Shown: positions 48,070 through 57,381, numbered from the stretch's first letter. The stretch is DNA of 64,000 bases from an uncultured Phycisphaerales bacterium (GCA_963972125.1 CAXAUD010000014.1:3896-67895), one strand, 5' to 3'. Translations and numbers: made by a program. Notes: generated by a model not told the origin, from the sequence alone.

Positions 48070-48457
48070 GAACACAGGTACGGGACGAAATGAGATGTGT
48101 TGCAGAGAACTGATAGTTTGCGATTGCAAACCACCCGCAGGAGTGCATCCCGAGAAGAGGATCATGTCCCTCGCCCCGAGCACCACCCCTCACGCCGAGC
48201 CCCGCCACGACCCGCCGCAGATTCCGCAAATTTTCTCCAATCCGCACAACCGAAACTTCAGTCCCCCCGCTTATCTGGACGATGCATCATCCAGCCAGGG
48301 AAGGCGAAGATCCGGCAGGGATGCCCAAACCACAACCAAGCCAAGACTTGAACCACGAGCTGGAACCGTCATCGGTGCGCCATCCGTCCGCGCACTCACG
48401 GGACCACACGAACTCTTCGTCGGCCAACGCCGATCGGGATAGGGAAGGAACTGCCGT

Positions 48458-48970
48458 ATGTCGAACCAGAACCCCATCAACACCCAGGGCAACACACAGG
48501 GCGCCGCAAGCACCCCGGAGCTCACCGTCATCGGGGCCGACACCCGCATCAAGGGTGAGATGTTCTTCGAGAAGTCCGCACGCATCCTCGGGCACTTCGA
48601 GGGCAAGATCACCGCGCAGGGCGAGGTCCAGATCGGCAACGGCGCCAACTGCAACGCAGCCGTCGAAGCGGAACAAATCATCGTTGACGGCTCCGTTCAG
48701 GGCCCGCTCTTCGCCCGCGATCGACTGACCCTCACCAAGAACGCCCAGGTTCAGGGCGATCTGACCGCGGGAACGCTCGTCGTATCCGAGGGCGCCAGCT
48801 TTGTCGGCCACTGCAATGTCGGCCCGCGTGCTCAGGAAATGACCGGGCAATCAAACCAGAGCCAGCAGACGAACACCGCGCCCGTGACAGCAGAACCCAA
48901 GTCCAACATCACAACCCAGCTCGACCTGACCCCTCCGTGGGCGCAGGAATCCAACTCGAGCGTCGCGTAA
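48458..48970 (+). CDS. bactofilin family cytoskeletal protein
   Basis: 170 aa with a GAAGGA RBS. The beta-helical repeat core is IGADTRIKGEM......RILGHFEGKI.A.GEV.IG....C.A.VEAE.IIV.GSV.G.....D.L.L.....V.GD......V..GA.F.G, and the tails are disordered. Confidence 0.85.
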   Translation: MSNQNPINTQGNTQGAASTPELTVIGADTRIKGEMFFEKSARILGHFEGKITAQGEVQIGNGANCNAAVEAEQIIVDGSVQGPLFARDRLTLTKNAQVQGDLTAGTLVVSEGASFVGHCNVGPRAQEMTGQSNQSQQTNTAPVTAEPKSNITTQLDLTPPWAQESNSSVA

Positions 48971-49063
48971 TCAAAGAGAACACCACACCACTTGGGCAGC
49001 TCGCCCAATGAACGAGCCACCCATCCCAGGCCGCGTTCGGCAAACGCCGGAGCGGCCCGTTTT

Positions 49064-49672
49064 ATGGCCAGTTTCTTCAGACCACCCCGGTTCCTTATGC
49101 GTGATCGTGGCGCAGCGCGCCCCGTCATCCCGCAATCAAGGGATGTGGTCTGCTACCGATGCGCCGCAACACTCCCCGTTTCGGGATACGCGGAATCGGC
49201 ATCCTGCCCCAGGTGTGCCGGCAACCTGCGCCTGCTCCCACTTGAGATCACCAAAGGGCACTGGGGAACCTCGCTGCTCACAACAGAATCGATCATCGTC
49301 CACCCGGAAGCACAGGTGATTGCAAACCTCTCTGTCGCATCCGGTGACATCACCATTTCCGGCTCGGTGCACTCGATGTGCGTCTCGGGCGGGACCGTGA
49401 CGATCACAGCAACCGGCGAACTCCGGGGCGGGGTCCGCGCCAAAAGCGTGATCATTGAACCCGGCGCACGGATCACAGGGTCCGTCATCGAATCACCATC
49501 CAATGCACTCGGATCGCTCGATATCGACGCCGCGGCACGGGCACGACCGGGCACCGGCCCCGCATCGCAGATCGAGATCAAACCATTCGAAGACCCGCTC
49601 GCGGCTCCAGAACCACCGCAAACGATCGTGCTCCCCAGAAGCACACAACAGCGGCTCAGGGTCGTACGCTAG
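49064..49672 (+). CDS. zinc-ribbon / bactofilin-like fusion protein
   Basis: From the ATG at 49064. It has an N-terminal CYRC...CPRC ribbon followed by a bactofilin-like core (IIVHPEAQVIANLSVASGDITISGSVHSMCVSGGTVTITATGELRGGVRAKSVIIEPGARITGSV). Confidence 0.7.
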   Translation: MASFFRPPRFLMRDRGAARPVIPQSRDVVCYRCAATLPVSGYAESASCPRCAGNLRLLPLEITKGHWGTSLLTTESIIVHPEAQVIANLSVASGDITISGSVHSMCVSGGTVTITATGELRGGVRAKSVIIEPGARITGSVIESPSNALGSLDIDAAARARPGTGPASQIEIKPFEDPLAAPEPPQTIVLPRSTQQRLRVVR

Positions 49673-49676
49673 AAGC

Positions 49677-50303
49677 ATGAACACTCAAGAGGGAACAACG
49701 ACGCAGGACGGATCACGGGCACGCGATACCTCGAATGATCGCCTGCTCCATCGAATGGCCGCAGTCCCGATGATGACACTGATCATCATCATCTGCTCGC
49801 ACATCGCCATCCCCACCGCGCCGCTGGGCATTCCGATCACCCTGCAGACACTCGGTGTCCTGCTCTGCGCCCTGGCGCTGGGTCCACGCCTCGGGTTCGC
49901 GAGCATCGCGCTCTACCTTATCATGGGGATCGCCGGCGTTGGCGTGTTCGGCGAAGGACAGGCCGGGCTCCCCGTCCTGCTCGGGCAAACCGGCGGCTAC
50001 CTGCTCGGCTTCCTCTTCTGCCAACCCGTCGCACACGGGATCATCAAACGAGAAGACGGCTCGATCCGCGGATGGCTCGCGATCTTCATCGCGGGGATCG
50101 CCGTCCACATGGTCGTCTTCCTCTTCGGCGTCCCCTGGCTGCACTGGATCTACTCGATCGACACCAAACTCGACCCAATGACCTGGAACCAATCGATCTA
50201 CTATGGGTTCCTCGTCTTCATCCCAGGAATGATTCTCAAATCCGGCATCGCGACTGTGCTGGGCCTTTGGCTTCTCCCGAGCGTTGCGCGGAAGATCTGG
50301 TAG
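49677..50303 (+). CDS. bioY: biotin transporter BioY
   Basis: From the ATG at 49677. It contains PITLQTLGVLLCALALGPRLG...GGYLLGF..., typical of the BioY S-component, with about 5 to 6 TM helices. Confidence 0.85.
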   Translation: MNTQEGTTTQDGSRARDTSNDRLLHRMAAVPMMTLIIIICSHIAIPTAPLGIPITLQTLGVLLCALALGPRLGFASIALYLIMGIAGVGVFGEGQAGLPVLLGQTGGYLLGFLFCQPVAHGIIKREDGSIRGWLAIFIAGIAVHMVVFLFGVPWLHWIYSIDTKLDPMTWNQSIYYGFLVFIPGMILKSGIATVLGLWLLPSVARKIW

Positions 50304-50379
50304 TGAACAAAGTGCAGAAACAACACCTCAGCTTTCCATGGTACGATGTTGTCAGAACGAGCATGCCGAGGATGTAGAG

Positions 50380-51360
50380 ATGACTCATATTGGTATCTGG
50401 TCAGTAATCAACGGCACACCGGTTGAGAGCCAGACCTCTGCAATCGAATATGAACAACATCTGGAAGATTGGATCGAACGCGATCCATCACTACTTGAAA
50501 GCGGTCTATGCATCGTTGCTCGACAACTCCGTACAGAAGGCGGCCCGCTCGATCTACTCGCGATCGATCGGAATGGCCAATGGGTGCTTATTGAGATCAA
50601 GAGAGATCGACTGCGCCGTGAGGTCATTGCCCAAGCAATCGACTACGCATCGTGCCTACAGCGATTGTCCCCTGACGAACTCGTTGAACAGAGCAACACC
50701 TACCTGGAAACTCGTGGCACAAACCTAAAGGATTTGCTCAGCGCAAGGGATGCATCAATCGATGACCTGAGCGAGGGGGTCGATCCTGTGATCTACCTCG
50801 TGGGCACGAGCATCGACGCAAACCTTGAACGAATGGTTGACTATCTCAGCGAACGGGCCGGGCTGGAAATACGAGTCATCACATTTACTGCATACCGAAG
50901 CAGTTCAGGCGAAACGCTGCTCGCACGCGAAATCCATGAGCAGACTTCGGCACAGACGAAACCCACTAGCGGGCAAAGCAAAGCAACTAGCATCGAGGAT
51001 CTTCTCGCAACCGCAAGAACGACGGGGACCGAGGAAGCACTGAACCTGTGCCTACGGGTTGGTGAACAACTCGGGCTCCATTTGCGTCCGTACAAAACTT
51101 CTGCCATGTTCGCCCCGCCCGCAAACAAAACCAGGTGTTTATTTACGATCTGGGTTGGTGATAAGCATGTAGTAGACAGCAACGCGAAACTTTGGATCTC
51201 GCACGATAGCCTCGAACTCTTTTATGGTTATTCGAAGGCTGAGATCGAAAAGCGATTCGGGCCACCCCGGGATCATTTTCTTGACATACCCGGTTTCAAA
51301 CAGAAGCTTGCGGTTCTGAAAGAGATGGTCACCCAAGCGGACTCATCGGCCGGCGCTTGA
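50380..51360 (+). CDS. NucS-like PD-(D/E)xK nuclease-domain protein with uncharacterised C-terminal half
   Basis: 326 aa from the ATG at 50380. The N-terminal part is EYEQHLEDWIERDPSLLESGLCIVARQ...GPLDLLAIDRNGQWVLIEIKRD...REVIAQAIDYAS, i.e. D...E-x-K geometry as in the NucS/DUF91 nuclease domain. The gene is visibly A/T-richer than its flanks. Confidence 0.7.
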   Translation: MTHIGIWSVINGTPVESQTSAIEYEQHLEDWIERDPSLLESGLCIVARQLRTEGGPLDLLAIDRNGQWVLIEIKRDRLRREVIAQAIDYASCLQRLSPDELVEQSNTYLETRGTNLKDLLSARDASIDDLSEGVDPVIYLVGTSIDANLERMVDYLSERAGLEIRVITFTAYRSSSGETLLAREIHEQTSAQTKPTSGQSKATSIEDLLATARTTGTEEALNLCLRVGEQLGLHLRPYKTSAMFAPPANKTRCLFTIWVGDKHVVDSNAKLWISHDSLELFYGYSKAEIEKRFGPPRDHFLDIPGFKQKLAVLKEMVTQADSSAGA

Positions 51361-51498
51361 CAGTCGTTTGGATTACCTTCAGACTTCTCGGACTACAAAG
51401 GCGGTCTTTCGAGTCCCAATCGATCAGTTACTCGCCTGTTAGCATCGACATGAGGATCCCCACAGAACTGTATCGCCCGATGGGTCGATCCTTTGTAT

Positions 51499-52005
51499 AT
51501 GCGTACACAACGGGCATTCTCGCTCGTCGAACTCGTGATCGTTGTGGTGATCATCGGGATCATCGGCGCGATCGCTGTCCCGCGTATGTCCAGCGCCGCA
51601 GACAATGCCGCCAAGAACGCCGTGGTCGGTTCGCAAACCGCGCTCCAGAAAGCCGTCGACCTCTATACCGTCGAGCATGAGGGCGTTTTGCCCCATGTTG
51701 GCGCAGCGGATGCCAAAACCTTCTACTTCCGACTTCTCCGCAAATCAGATCTCGACGGCACCATCAACGCGTCCACGGGCATCTACGGCCCATACATCAA
51801 CGGCATCCCCGTCAACCCCATCAACGGCAAGATCACGATCCGACGAGGCGGCGCGGCCGCTGGCGCAGATACCCACGGCTGGCGCTACAACCTGACGAGC
51901 GGCATCATCGAGCCCGACCACAGCTCCGGCGATTCTGGTTACAAGGGCACCACGGACTCCGTCGAGAAGCTCACAGACGACCTGATCAAGAGCGTCGGCG
52001 GGTAA
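51499..52005 (+). CDS. prepilin-type N-terminal cleavage/methylation domain protein (pseudopilin/pilin-like)
   Basis: MRTQRAFSLVELVIVVVIIGIIGAIAVP is a class III signal peptide with the conserved Glu at +5. It is about 168 aa. Confidence 0.85.
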   Translation: MRTQRAFSLVELVIVVVIIGIIGAIAVPRMSSAADNAAKNAVVGSQTALQKAVDLYTVEHEGVLPHVGAADAKTFYFRLLRKSDLDGTINASTGIYGPYINGIPVNPINGKITIRRGGAAAGADTHGWRYNLTSGIIEPDHSSGDSGYKGTTDSVEKLTDDLIKSVGG

Positions 52006-52028
52006 TACCCACGCGAATAGAATGATCC

Positions 52029-52418
52029 ATGCCCGATGCCCCCACCATTGTGCTCTATGACGGCATCTGCCCCTCGTGCAACCATGTGGCGGATCGGCTC
52101 CGCCGAATCGATGACGGGCGGGGAAAGCTCAAGCTCGTCGATCTGCGGCAGGATCAGACCTATTCCGAAGCGCACGATCTTCACCCCGTTGAGATCCGAA
52201 GGGTCATGCACGCGATCACCCCCGACGGGCGAGTCCATAAGGCAATGGATGCAGTCCGCGTGACCATGCAAGCCGTCGATCGCGGGTGGATGCTCGCATG
52301 GACCAAGCTCCCCCTCATTTCATGGGTATGCGACCGGTTGTACCTCTGGTTCGCCAAGAACCGATTGCGCTTCTTCAAGAGCCAGCACACCTGCGACGAC
52401 GCGTGCTCGAGTGACTAG
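52029..52418 (+). CDS. thiol-disulfide oxidoreductase DCC family (DUF393) protein
   Basis: 129 aa with the N-terminal IVLYDGICPSCNHVADRL motif characteristic of the DCC family. Confidence 0.8.
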   Translation: MPDAPTIVLYDGICPSCNHVADRLRRIDDGRGKLKLVDLRQDQTYSEAHDLHPVEIRRVMHAITPDGRVHKAMDAVRVTMQAVDRGWMLAWTKLPLISWVCDRLYLWFAKNRLRFFKSQHTCDDACSSD

Positions 52419-52812
52419 ATCAGTCCTCGATCGAACGAACGCACTCCCTGGGCATCGGATCCAGAAGCCACCACCCCCAAGACCAAGTGCATCACCACGA
52501 TTGCGATTGCGGAGCGTGCGCTCATATCTATCTCCCCTCAAGCAGTTCCGAACCAACAAAGTGTGTTTCGGACAAACGCAACGCACATTTCGCGCAACTC
52601 TTTGACAAACTTTCGGCATACACACGAGCGAAGGCCTGCGACCTAACCCATAGACAATCAAGCACTTGAAACACCGCCCCGCGTCACACTGCGCCAGTCC
52701 GCCCAACACCGGCCACAGGATGAAAACACATTCATGACCCGTTCATGCACCCTTGATCCCCCTGAGGGAACATCTTTTCAGTTGCATCGAAGACTGCGAG
52801 AGGGCATGAACC

Positions 52813-53451
52813 ATGATTCCCATTCATCAATCAAGAGAACACATCATCGTCAGCGATCGGGTCTTTCGCCCCGATTCCGTGCGCGGCTTGAGCGCAGACT
52901 GGGATGACCCCATCGGCGCCAATGCCCCGAACCCCATCCTGCTGGAACATCATCACAAGCTGCGCGTGCTGCTCGAATCCTCCCCCCATCGGTGCATATC
53001 CGCGAGCGATGCCCTACGGCGGCGATCCTATCGAGTCGCCCTGTACCACGGTCTGGGTACAAGCGAATCGATTGAGGACAACGAGCAGGATCTTCGCTGG
53101 TTCGCCCACGCGTCCACTCAATGCGGAACAGATGCGTTCTTCGCGTTCTTCGAGGATGTCTCAATCCGTGACACCAAAGAACTTGAACACCAGCTCTGGT
53201 CTCAGATGCTTGGCATGTGCTCAAAGAACGCAGCCCAGCATCACTGGTACCCGGGGCGATGCTCTCACACCAACCACAACGAGCACATCTTCACCATAAA
53301 CAACCGCGATCTGAGCATGGTGTTCATGCACCCGTTCGCGGATGATCCTGAACATCAGTTCCAAACGCCCACCCTGATGCTCTTCCCACTCACACGCGCA
53401 CACGAGGTCAGAAAAAGCCGCAACCGCGTGCGGCTCTTCCTTCAGGCTTGA
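52813..53451 (+). CDS. YqcI/YcgG-like protein, divergent paralog
   Basis: 212 aa, collinear with the next gene (DRV(F/Y).PD; ...YR(V/I)A.Y.GLG....I......D(L/I).WFA; F.A.F(E/D)D......E.E..LW(S/T)Q(M/L).GM; ...M(V)FMHP). It lacks the PC(V)GAK-type and RRFPYP-type motifs of the neighbour. Confidence 0.55.
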   Translation: MIPIHQSREHIIVSDRVFRPDSVRGLSADWDDPIGANAPNPILLEHHHKLRVLLESSPHRCISASDALRRRSYRVALYHGLGTSESIEDNEQDLRWFAHASTQCGTDAFFAFFEDVSIRDTKELEHQLWSQMLGMCSKNAAQHHWYPGRCSHTNHNEHIFTINNRDLSMVFMHPFADDPEHQFQTPTLMLFPLTRAHEVRKSRNRVRLFLQA

Positions 53452-53587
53452 AGCACTCGCTCGCCCCACTCAATGCCCTACCTCAACTATGAGCACGATT
53501 TCATGCACCGTTCACCGAGACCAAGGCTTCAACCCATATCTTCAAAGTGTTCGTTACCAGGCGACAACGATTCATAAGGGAACCGCC

Positions 53588-54391
53588 ATGATCTCTGCTC
53601 AAACCATCACCATCCAACCCAGCGATCGCGTCTACGCGCCCGATGATCGCAACACGCTTGCGCGAATCACAGGCCACCAGAGCAACCAACCCAAGCCCGG
53701 GCCCGCGATCTCGGCGATCAACGGCGCACTCAAAGCTTTCGTTTCTCACAACGCGTACCCATGCGTCGGTGCGAAGGCGGCACTGAACAAGGACGCATAC
53801 CGGATCGCACAATACGCGGGGCTCGGACGCCATTCATCCATCGTTGAATGCACGCACGACATCCAATGGTTCGCAGCGAACGCGGACCAGATCGATCCGG
53901 ACACCGCGAGTTTCGTTGCCGTATTCGATGACCCGAGCATCACGAATGAGGAAGACTTCGAAGACAAGCTCTGGACCCAACTCCAGGGCATGCACGATAT
54001 CGATTCGCTGACCTTCGATTGGGATCCGGCGGTGTCATCCGACCCGGTGGACCCCGATTTCTCCTTCAGCATCGCGGGACGGGCCTTCTTCATCGTCGGC
54101 ATGCACCCCCAGGCCGCTCGCGAAGCACGCCGATTCCCCTACCCCACCCTCATATTCAACCTTCATGACCAGTTCGAAGCCATGCGAGAGCAGGGGCGGT
54201 ATGAGCGCATGCGAGACACCATCCGCGAAAGAGAGGAATCCCTCGCCGGGTCTCCCAACCCGCTGCTCGCGGACCATGGCACGACAAGCGAAGCACAGCA
54301 GTACGCGGGACGCCCACACGCATGCCCGTGGCACCCAGGATTTAAGACACGCACAGCAAGTTCACACAATGCACCGGAGAATCACAAGTGA
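53588..54391 (+). CDS. YqcI/YcgG family protein
   Basis: From the ATG at 53588 (AAGGGA RBS). It contains FVSHNAYPCVGAKAAL and FFIVGMHPQAAREARRFPYPTLIFNLHDQFEAMREQG, which match my memory of the YqcI/YcgG (PF08892) hallmarks. Confidence 0.8.
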   Translation: MISAQTITIQPSDRVYAPDDRNTLARITGHQSNQPKPGPAISAINGALKAFVSHNAYPCVGAKAALNKDAYRIAQYAGLGRHSSIVECTHDIQWFAANADQIDPDTASFVAVFDDPSITNEEDFEDKLWTQLQGMHDIDSLTFDWDPAVSSDPVDPDFSFSIAGRAFFIVGMHPQAAREARRFPYPTLIFNLHDQFEAMREQGRYERMRDTIREREESLAGSPNPLLADHGTTSEAQQYAGRPHACPWHPGFKTRTASSHNAPENHK

Positions 54392-55038
54392 GTACCGCAA
54401 CAATGACCGCGTTCATCGTCGACGGCGAACCAAGGGACGAACGACCAACAAACACAGAGTTTCGCATCGAACCACGCACCGGCGTCGGGTTCTTGCTCAA
54501 CGAGGGAGAGACACTCAGAGTCATCGACCCAAAGGGCGAACAGGTCAGTGATCTGACGGCATTCGATGCGGAAGACCCAAGAGAATGGCTGAGTTCCGGA
54601 CGCACGATCGATTACGCAAACAGGATCTACATGCGCAACGGGGACACGCTCTACTCGAACAGATCAAACCCCATGCTCAAAATCACAGAAAACACCGTGG
54701 ACGGGCACGACTTCCTGCTCACGCCCTGCTCGCAGGAGATGTTCAAAAAACTCTACGGCATCGATGAACCACGCCCCTCGTGCTTCTCGAATCTCTCGAA
54801 GAACCTCGCACCCTACGGCATCGAACCCGACCAGATTCCCACGACACTCAACATCTTCATGGATGTGCGCCCGAGTTCGCACACGGGAGAACTGACCATC
54901 GGCCCACCAAACTCAAGAGCCGGCGATTACACCGAGTTCACGGCCCTGCGCGATCTCATCGTCGGACTCACAGCATGCTCCGCAGAGAAGTCGAACAATG
55001 GCTCATTCAAGCCCATCGACTTCATCATCAAGACCTGA
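54388..55038 (+). CDS. DUF1989 (urea-carboxylase-associated-like) family protein
   Basis: 216 aa. The GTG start overlaps the upstream stop (GTGA). Motifs are EGETLRVIDPKGEQVSDL, HDFLLTPCS, PSCFSNL and GDYTEFTALRDLIVGLTACSAE. Confidence 0.78.
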   Translation: MSTATMTAFIVDGEPRDERPTNTEFRIEPRTGVGFLLNEGETLRVIDPKGEQVSDLTAFDAEDPREWLSSGRTIDYANRIYMRNGDTLYSNRSNPMLKITENTVDGHDFLLTPCSQEMFKKLYGIDEPRPSCFSNLSKNLAPYGIEPDQIPTTLNIFMDVRPSSHTGELTIGPPNSRAGDYTEFTALRDLIVGLTACSAEKSNNGSFKPIDFIIKT

Positions 55039-55158
55039 ATCCTGAGCGTCCAACCCAGATCCTCGAGAACGAAGCGCAGGCACGGCCCACCCGTGGTCGC
55101 CTTCCGCACCGGCACGGGCCCTGCGGATCGAACAGGCAGCCAGAGCCAAGCCCCGCCT

Positions 55159-55530
55159 TCAACCCTCCGGCTCACTCGATTGGATCCATGCGCGGGCTTC
55201 TTCGATCTCGTCGAGATGAAAGAGCTTGAGCTTTGCCGGGATCAACAGATCCAGCGGCTTAACCATCCATTCAATCCATTTCTGGTCCGCAACAATCGCC
55301 ACATGCGAAAAACTGGTGAGATGGCGCGGCTCCCACTTGAGATCCGCCCACAACGCCGCGGGCTCGATTTTCCCGATGTTCTTCACAACCTCGACGATCC
55401 GGATCTTCCCAAACTCGTGGATCATCCCATCGAGCTTCTCGATCATCGGGTCCATCTCCGCCTTGGTGATCGGCCCGTCAATCGTCAACTCGACAATGTT
55501 GCGGGTGTCGTACTGCGTGCATTGCATCAT
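55159..55530 (-). CDS. STAS/SpoIIAA-like (DUF3478) protein
   Basis: 123 aa. The pattern ...L.I.G.IT..E.......L.......GKIR.....VE.....IE..A.W.DLK....H...F..VA(I)V.D..W is typical of the SpoIIAA-like DUF3478 family. Confidence 0.7.
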   Translation of the reverse strand: MMQCTQYDTRNIVELTIDGPITKAEMDPMIEKLDGMIHEFGKIRIVEVVKNIGKIEPAALWADLKWEPRHLTSFSHVAIVADQKWIEWMVKPLDLLIPAKLKLFHLDEIEEARAWIQSSEPEG

Positions 55531-55646
55531 GGCCCACCTCCTGATCAGTTCTAAGCGTGCGTTCCCTGCGCATTTTATGCGTCAGCACTGAAACACGCTG
55601 CACAATCAGAATGTCCGATGCGCTCAAAGATGCCAAGACGGGTTGG

Positions 55647-56054
55647 TCAATCCTCAAGGATCGAGTTCACGCTCAGCTCGCCCGTAATCGTCTTCTGCAC
55701 CGGGCACGCGTTCGCGATCTCCTTGAGCCGCTTGCGCTGATCATCGTCGAGTTCGCCAATAAAACTCATCGAGATATCGATCTGCTCTGGGTTCCCGCGC
55801 CCGTTGGGGCGTGAATGCACGAGGTCCAAACGCACCCCCTGCAGGTCCCAACCCTTCCGCTGGGCGTACATACGGAGGGTGATGGCCTTGCACGCCCCCA
55901 GCGCACCAAGCAGGGTCTCGTAGGGGTCCTGCGCCGTGTCGCCGCCGTTGAGCGTGCCGGGCTCATCGATAAAGAACTCGTGGGTCCTTGAGATAACGCG
56001 CGTGCGGTAGTCCTGCGTGCCAAGGGTAACGGTAGTCACTGTGTTTTCGCTCAT
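55647..56054 (-). CDS. OsmC family protein
   Basis: 135 aa containing PYETLLGALGACKAITLRMYA and NACPVQKT, which carry the two conserved Cys regions of OsmC/Ohr. Confidence 0.85.
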   Translation of the reverse strand: MSENTVTTVTLGTQDYRTRVISRTHEFFIDEPGTLNGGDTAQDPYETLLGALGACKAITLRMYAQRKGWDLQGVRLDLVHSRPNGRGNPEQIDISMSFIGELDDDQRKRLKEIANACPVQKTITGELSVNSILED

Positions 56055-56084
56055 GGTCGATTTTAAACACCAACCAACCCCGCG

Positions 56085-56558
56085 TTATTCCATGTCGGGT
56101 TTCTTCGACGACCAGCCGCCGAGCATCATGGCCCCCGTCATCACACCAAACAACCCGATGATCGGGTTCGCAACCAGGATCCAGCCCGGCTGCTGGGCAT
56201 TCATCATGGCATCAGTATTCGATGTCTCCGGACCACGCACCGCGTCGTCACCCGTTGGCGCTTCTTTCCCCATCGCCATCACACCGCTGAGTATCCCCAG
56301 CACAAGCACCAATGCCATGAGCGACAGTGTCGCGCCACGAGAACGCTTGGACACGATCGCGCAGACCGCACCACCCACGAGTGCCGCGAAGAAACCCACG
56401 ATCACAGACACGATTATCCAGAGCGTTGAGACATCATACGAAGACTCGTTGAACGCCCGCTCGGCGCCCATCGCGAGATACACCGCAGTAAAAACCCCAA
56501 AGAGAATGATCGCCATCGCGAAGTAACCGGCGATGACCGCGAGGATGTTGCGTCCCAT
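56085..56558 (-). CDS. hypothetical 4-TM membrane protein
   Basis: 157 aa, hydrophobic, tightly spaced behind the upstream gene. I recognised no family. Confidence 0.5.
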   Translation of the reverse strand: MGRNILAVIAGYFAMAIILFGVFTAVYLAMGAERAFNESSYDVSTLWIIVSVIVGFFAALVGGAVCAIVSKRSRGATLSLMALVLVLGILSGVMAMGKEAPTGDDAVRGPETSNTDAMMNAQQPGWILVANPIIGLFGVMTGAMMLGGWSSKKPDME

Positions 56559-56570
56559 GTGTGTACCCCT

Positions 56571-57209
56571 TCAAGTGTGTGTAGGCCCCATCATACCAGA
56601 TCCTGCCCTTCCACACTCTGGGCAAACCGCCAACTCGCTGGCATCAAACCCGCACCACACGCAATGCCCACGCCGTGCACGCATTGCACGCCTCAGCACC
56701 ATCAGTCCGCAGGGCAACAGGAAGCACCCACCCCACAGCGGCACACCAACCAAAATCGGGTTGACCACCACACCCAGCGGCACCAGCGTCGGCGCAGGGT
56801 TTGATTCGGGCCCGCTGAGCTGCGGATTGCCCCAATCCCACCACATCTGCTTCACCTCGATCGCGGGCAGTGGCCAGCCCAGATGCTGCACATCCATGAC
56901 AAACCCGTTTTTGCCTTCCTGCAACGGCGGGGCCGATACCCAGTAGCGCCGGAAACCAAACGAGGGCGTCAGCTGCCAGTCTTCGGGATCACTCCATGCC
57001 ACATCGTGCGGCGTTGAAGATGGCCACCCCTTTTCCGCGGCCTCCGGACCATCAAGAAAAACCGTCGCCGGCGGGAACGCCCCCGAAGTCGGCAGCATCC
57101 TCGTCAACGCGAACGGAACATTCACCGCCGCCACGATCAGCACCATGACGAGCAACGCGCCCCCCATCCACCTCGCCTCATTCGCTTGTATGTAAGTTCT
57201 CAGCATCAT
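56571..57209 (-). CDS. membrane protein with C-terminal CxxC...CPECG zinc ribbon (family member 5)
   Basis: 212 aa. The layout is an N-terminal TM, an extracytoplasmic segment of about 130 aa rich in Trp/Pro, a second TM, then RRGHCVWCGFDASELAVCPECG. Confidence 0.6.
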   Translation of the reverse strand: MMLRTYIQANEARWMGGALLVMVLIVAAVNVPFALTRMLPTSGAFPPATVFLDGPEAAEKGWPSSTPHDVAWSDPEDWQLTPSFGFRRYWVSAPPLQEGKNGFVMDVQHLGWPLPAIEVKQMWWDWGNPQLSGPESNPAPTLVPLGVVVNPILVGVPLWGGCFLLPCGLMVLRRAMRARRGHCVWCGFDASELAVCPECGRAGSGMMGPTHT

Positions 57210-57381
57210 GCAACCTTACCGAGTGAAATGAAACATACTGACCAGCATATCTGCAACTTATCTACCCCCCCGATCATTTGCGTGCCAACTGCATCCACGC
57301 CTTTGTCGTGCACGAAAACGGGATCTGTCCCCGAACCCTTCAACGCTACCCGCACATGACCTACGCAACAAGGAGCACACA

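Noticed and set aside
50304-51492. Possible genomic island or mobile element around the A/T-richer nuclease gene, and likewise around 31166..32491 and 17196..18838.
   Set aside because: No integrase, transposase, tRNA target, direct repeats or inverted terminal repeats are visible. Only compositional deviation supports foreign origin, so no mobile_element feature was called.
52415-52525. A 36-aa minus-strand ORF (MSARSAIAIVVMHLVLGVVASGSDAQGVRSFDRGLI) with a GGGGAG-like RBS, resembling a signal peptide plus a short peptide.
   Set aside because: It is too short to support without conservation or expression data. It overlaps the 3' end of the DCC gene by 4 nt. It may deserve a look with ribosome profiling or proteomics.
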